Assembly: GCF_000143415.4 (NCBI RefSeq) | Contig: NW_003314378.1 | Location: forward strand, 260,110 to 324,109 | From: Selaginella moellendorffii | Taxonomy: Eukaryota; Plantae; Lycopodiophyta | DNA: 64,000 nucleotides | Reading direction: 5' to 3' | Shown here: positions 61,950-64,000 of the stretch, piece by piece | How positions within the stretch are numbered: position 1 is the first letter of the stretch | Layout: each line of letters begins with the position of its first letter | The notes under the pieces: model-generated | Seen by the model: only the letters and a program-made list of their open reading frames with translations | Database searches by the model: none | What the model was told of the DNA's origin: nothing | Program-made: the position numbers and the translations under genes

Positions 61950-63809
61950 AGAGGCGGACAGCCACGTGGCTGACACGTCACTCTAGGAGACACGTCAGGC
62001 TCTTTCCATCTGGCGGCGAATTCTCCTCCAAATCCTCCACTCCTTTCCCCATTCTTCCCCACCTCCGCTCCCTCCCATTACAGTCACACATCAATTTACC
62101 CAGCTTGCGTCCATGAGGCGCTTGTCTCACCAAGGTGAAGGGGAATGATAAAGGCAACTTTCCATTTTTCCTTGACTTGGGAGCTGCGTGGAATTCCTAG
62201 AAGTTCCACTCCAGCAAGTAAAGTCTCCACAAGACTTTCAGGGATGTCTTGCACAGCTGCGAGCAATCAGCCGTGGTGGTGGCTTGCCCTTGTTCTGGCG
62301 AGAAGATCTGCAAAGAGGAGCGGCTGCAGTGAGTCTTGAAGATTCGCAGGTCGTTCGGATTGGGCATTGGGCAGCACTGGCAAAGGCAGATTTTCTCCCA
62401 CTTGACGTGATGGAGTCTCATTGAAATGCACGTCTGGTGAGATGGTCAGCGCCTTTGAGACAGGATTGTCGATCTTGTAAGCCTTGTGTTCAATGCTATA
62501 GCCTAGAAAAATGCCTCGTTCGCTTGTTCGAGTGAGTTTTTTTCTAGTTTTAGAGGGGATATGGACGCTATGGAAGGTGCACTAATCCGTTCGAATTCCA
62601 CTTTGTGCAAGAACCTTTGACAATCCTGGACCTCAACATTGGCAAACACTTAAACGTAGATTTGTTTTCTTACAGTCTTAAGGCCACGAGTCAAGCTTAC
62701 GGGGCTGGCTTTGGCTAAATTGTTTAGCCTTCACAATGCAGTTGGCAGCGAGAAGCAGAGCGTCGTTGCCTGCTCCAGCTGTGAGGCGGAGGCTAGTTCC
62801 GCATGCAAAGAGGCCATCTGGCTTCGCCGCCTCCTCAACGACCACCCGGCCCAACACCAATCTACAGTGACAATCAAGGCTACATCGCCTTGAGCAAACA
62901 TCACAAGATTAATTCCCGGACGAAACACACACCACGCTGGGAGACACGTCCAGTTCTTTCCATGTTCTTGTGATTCCAATCTTAATAATGCAATCTTAAT
63001 TGAACATCACCACAGCCTGGAAATCGAGTGCACTGCTCATCCCACCAAACAATCTGATCTCGTGCACAGCATGAAACGAACATTCTCTGTGCCTCTCCTG
63101 ATAGAGCCATACAGAACCTTCTCATGTCCAGCCACTTGATTATTATATGCAGCACACTCAAATACGTCCAGGTAAATCTCGAAATCCTCTCAAAGTAGGC
63201 TAAAGGAGATACTTTCTCATCTTGCCAAAAGCCTCTTCTAACACATGCTTGAGGATTAGAGAGGGCTTGGGTGAGTTGGCAAAGTGTAGTTTTGGTCTTT
63301 TTCTTGAAAATCATGGACCTCACTTCACTACCGCATAAAGGGATCACTGCGTTTGCTCATTGTGGCGAGGGCGAGAAAGTCCTCGATGGGAGCGTGGAAG
63401 GTGACATTCCGGCCTGCGCCTACATCAGCTCCGTGAATCGCAACAAGGATTTCTTTCTTCTCGTGACAGAGGATTTTAGGATCGCGCCAGGCAGGGATCA
63501 GTTCGTCTGCATGATCGATATCTTCGGCCGTGACAGGCAACTGGAGAATGCCGAGGAATTGCTGCGTGCCATGCCGTTTGTGCCGGATGCTCTGGTTTGT
63601 AATGTTTCGGGCATTGGATCGACGTATGTGCTGGCAATTCGCTCCAAGAGAGTGTTTAAAATGGAAATTGGCGGGAAAGCGATGTGTTTGTTTTTTATTC
63701 TATCTAGCTGTGCTTACGAAAGTCCCACTATCGAAAGGTGACAGCTTTGGAAAAATAATTTAATTATATATGTAACTTAGTCAAGTGTGCCTCGCAACCA
63801 GAGAGACTT

Positions 63810-64000
63810 TCAAGTCATGCCGATGAGCTCTCTCAGCTTCTGGATGAGACCACGGTCGTCAATCTGGAACGCTTTCGCGATCACGTCGTCATTGATTGGA
63901 GGATTGGAATCAAACACCGCCTTGGCCACCTGAGTTGCCCCGGGGTTTTGGCTGTTGAAGCCAGCCATCGCAACCGCAGGCTCCTTTCCAACGTTGAGCT
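63810..64000 (-). CDS. Germin-like protein U7, 3' end only (continues beyond window)
   Basis: QLNVGKEPAV...KLRELIGMT*. Confidence 0.8.
   Translation of the reverse strand, partial: LNVGKEPAVAMAGFNSQNPGATQVAKAVFDSNPPINDDVIAKAFQIDDRGLIQKLRELIGMT

Larger units (their letters stand above)
2582..64000. repeat. Tandem segmental-duplication array of ~7 units: U1 2582-11317, U2 11318-23785, U3 23786-32221, U4 32222-40475, U5 40476-40715 plus inverted 53239-48255, U6 inverted 48254-41617 plus 56781-58346, U7 58347->64000
   Basis: The same junction (ctctccttc(t/c)ttaag|(t/c)acgcgaggtaagaatgtag, with minor substitutions) recurs at each boundary. The same ORF set recurs in the same order. Confidence 0.95.

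Overview
Eukaryotic land-plant nuclear DNA. The very short ~47-75 bp GT-AG introns, compact gene spacing and PLS-type PPR relics suggest a lycophyte such as Selaginella; this is an inference. The window opens with the 3' end of an FG-repeat nucleoporin gene (Nup1/Nup136-like) and an intact multi-exon PPTC7-type PP2C gene. From 2582 to the window end it is a head-to-tail array of about 7 copies of a ~8.3-8.7 kb unit. Each unit reads: 5'-truncated PP2C > LRR relic > GT37 xyloglucan fucosyltransferase > small secreted peptide precursor > Copia and PPR relics > germin-like protein (GLP, opposite strand) > 3' end of an ABCI11/NAP14-like ABC ATPase. Every unit boundary has the same junction. PP2C and fucosyltransferase copies decay. 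Four GLP copies are intact and almost invariant at protein level. Six of seven peptide genes are intact but have diversified C-termini. Two Ty1/Copia elements sit in PP2C copies. A 15.2 kb inversion (41617-56780) breaks one Copia RT and one GLP reciprocally, and smaller inversions of ~80 bp to ~1.5 kb are also present.
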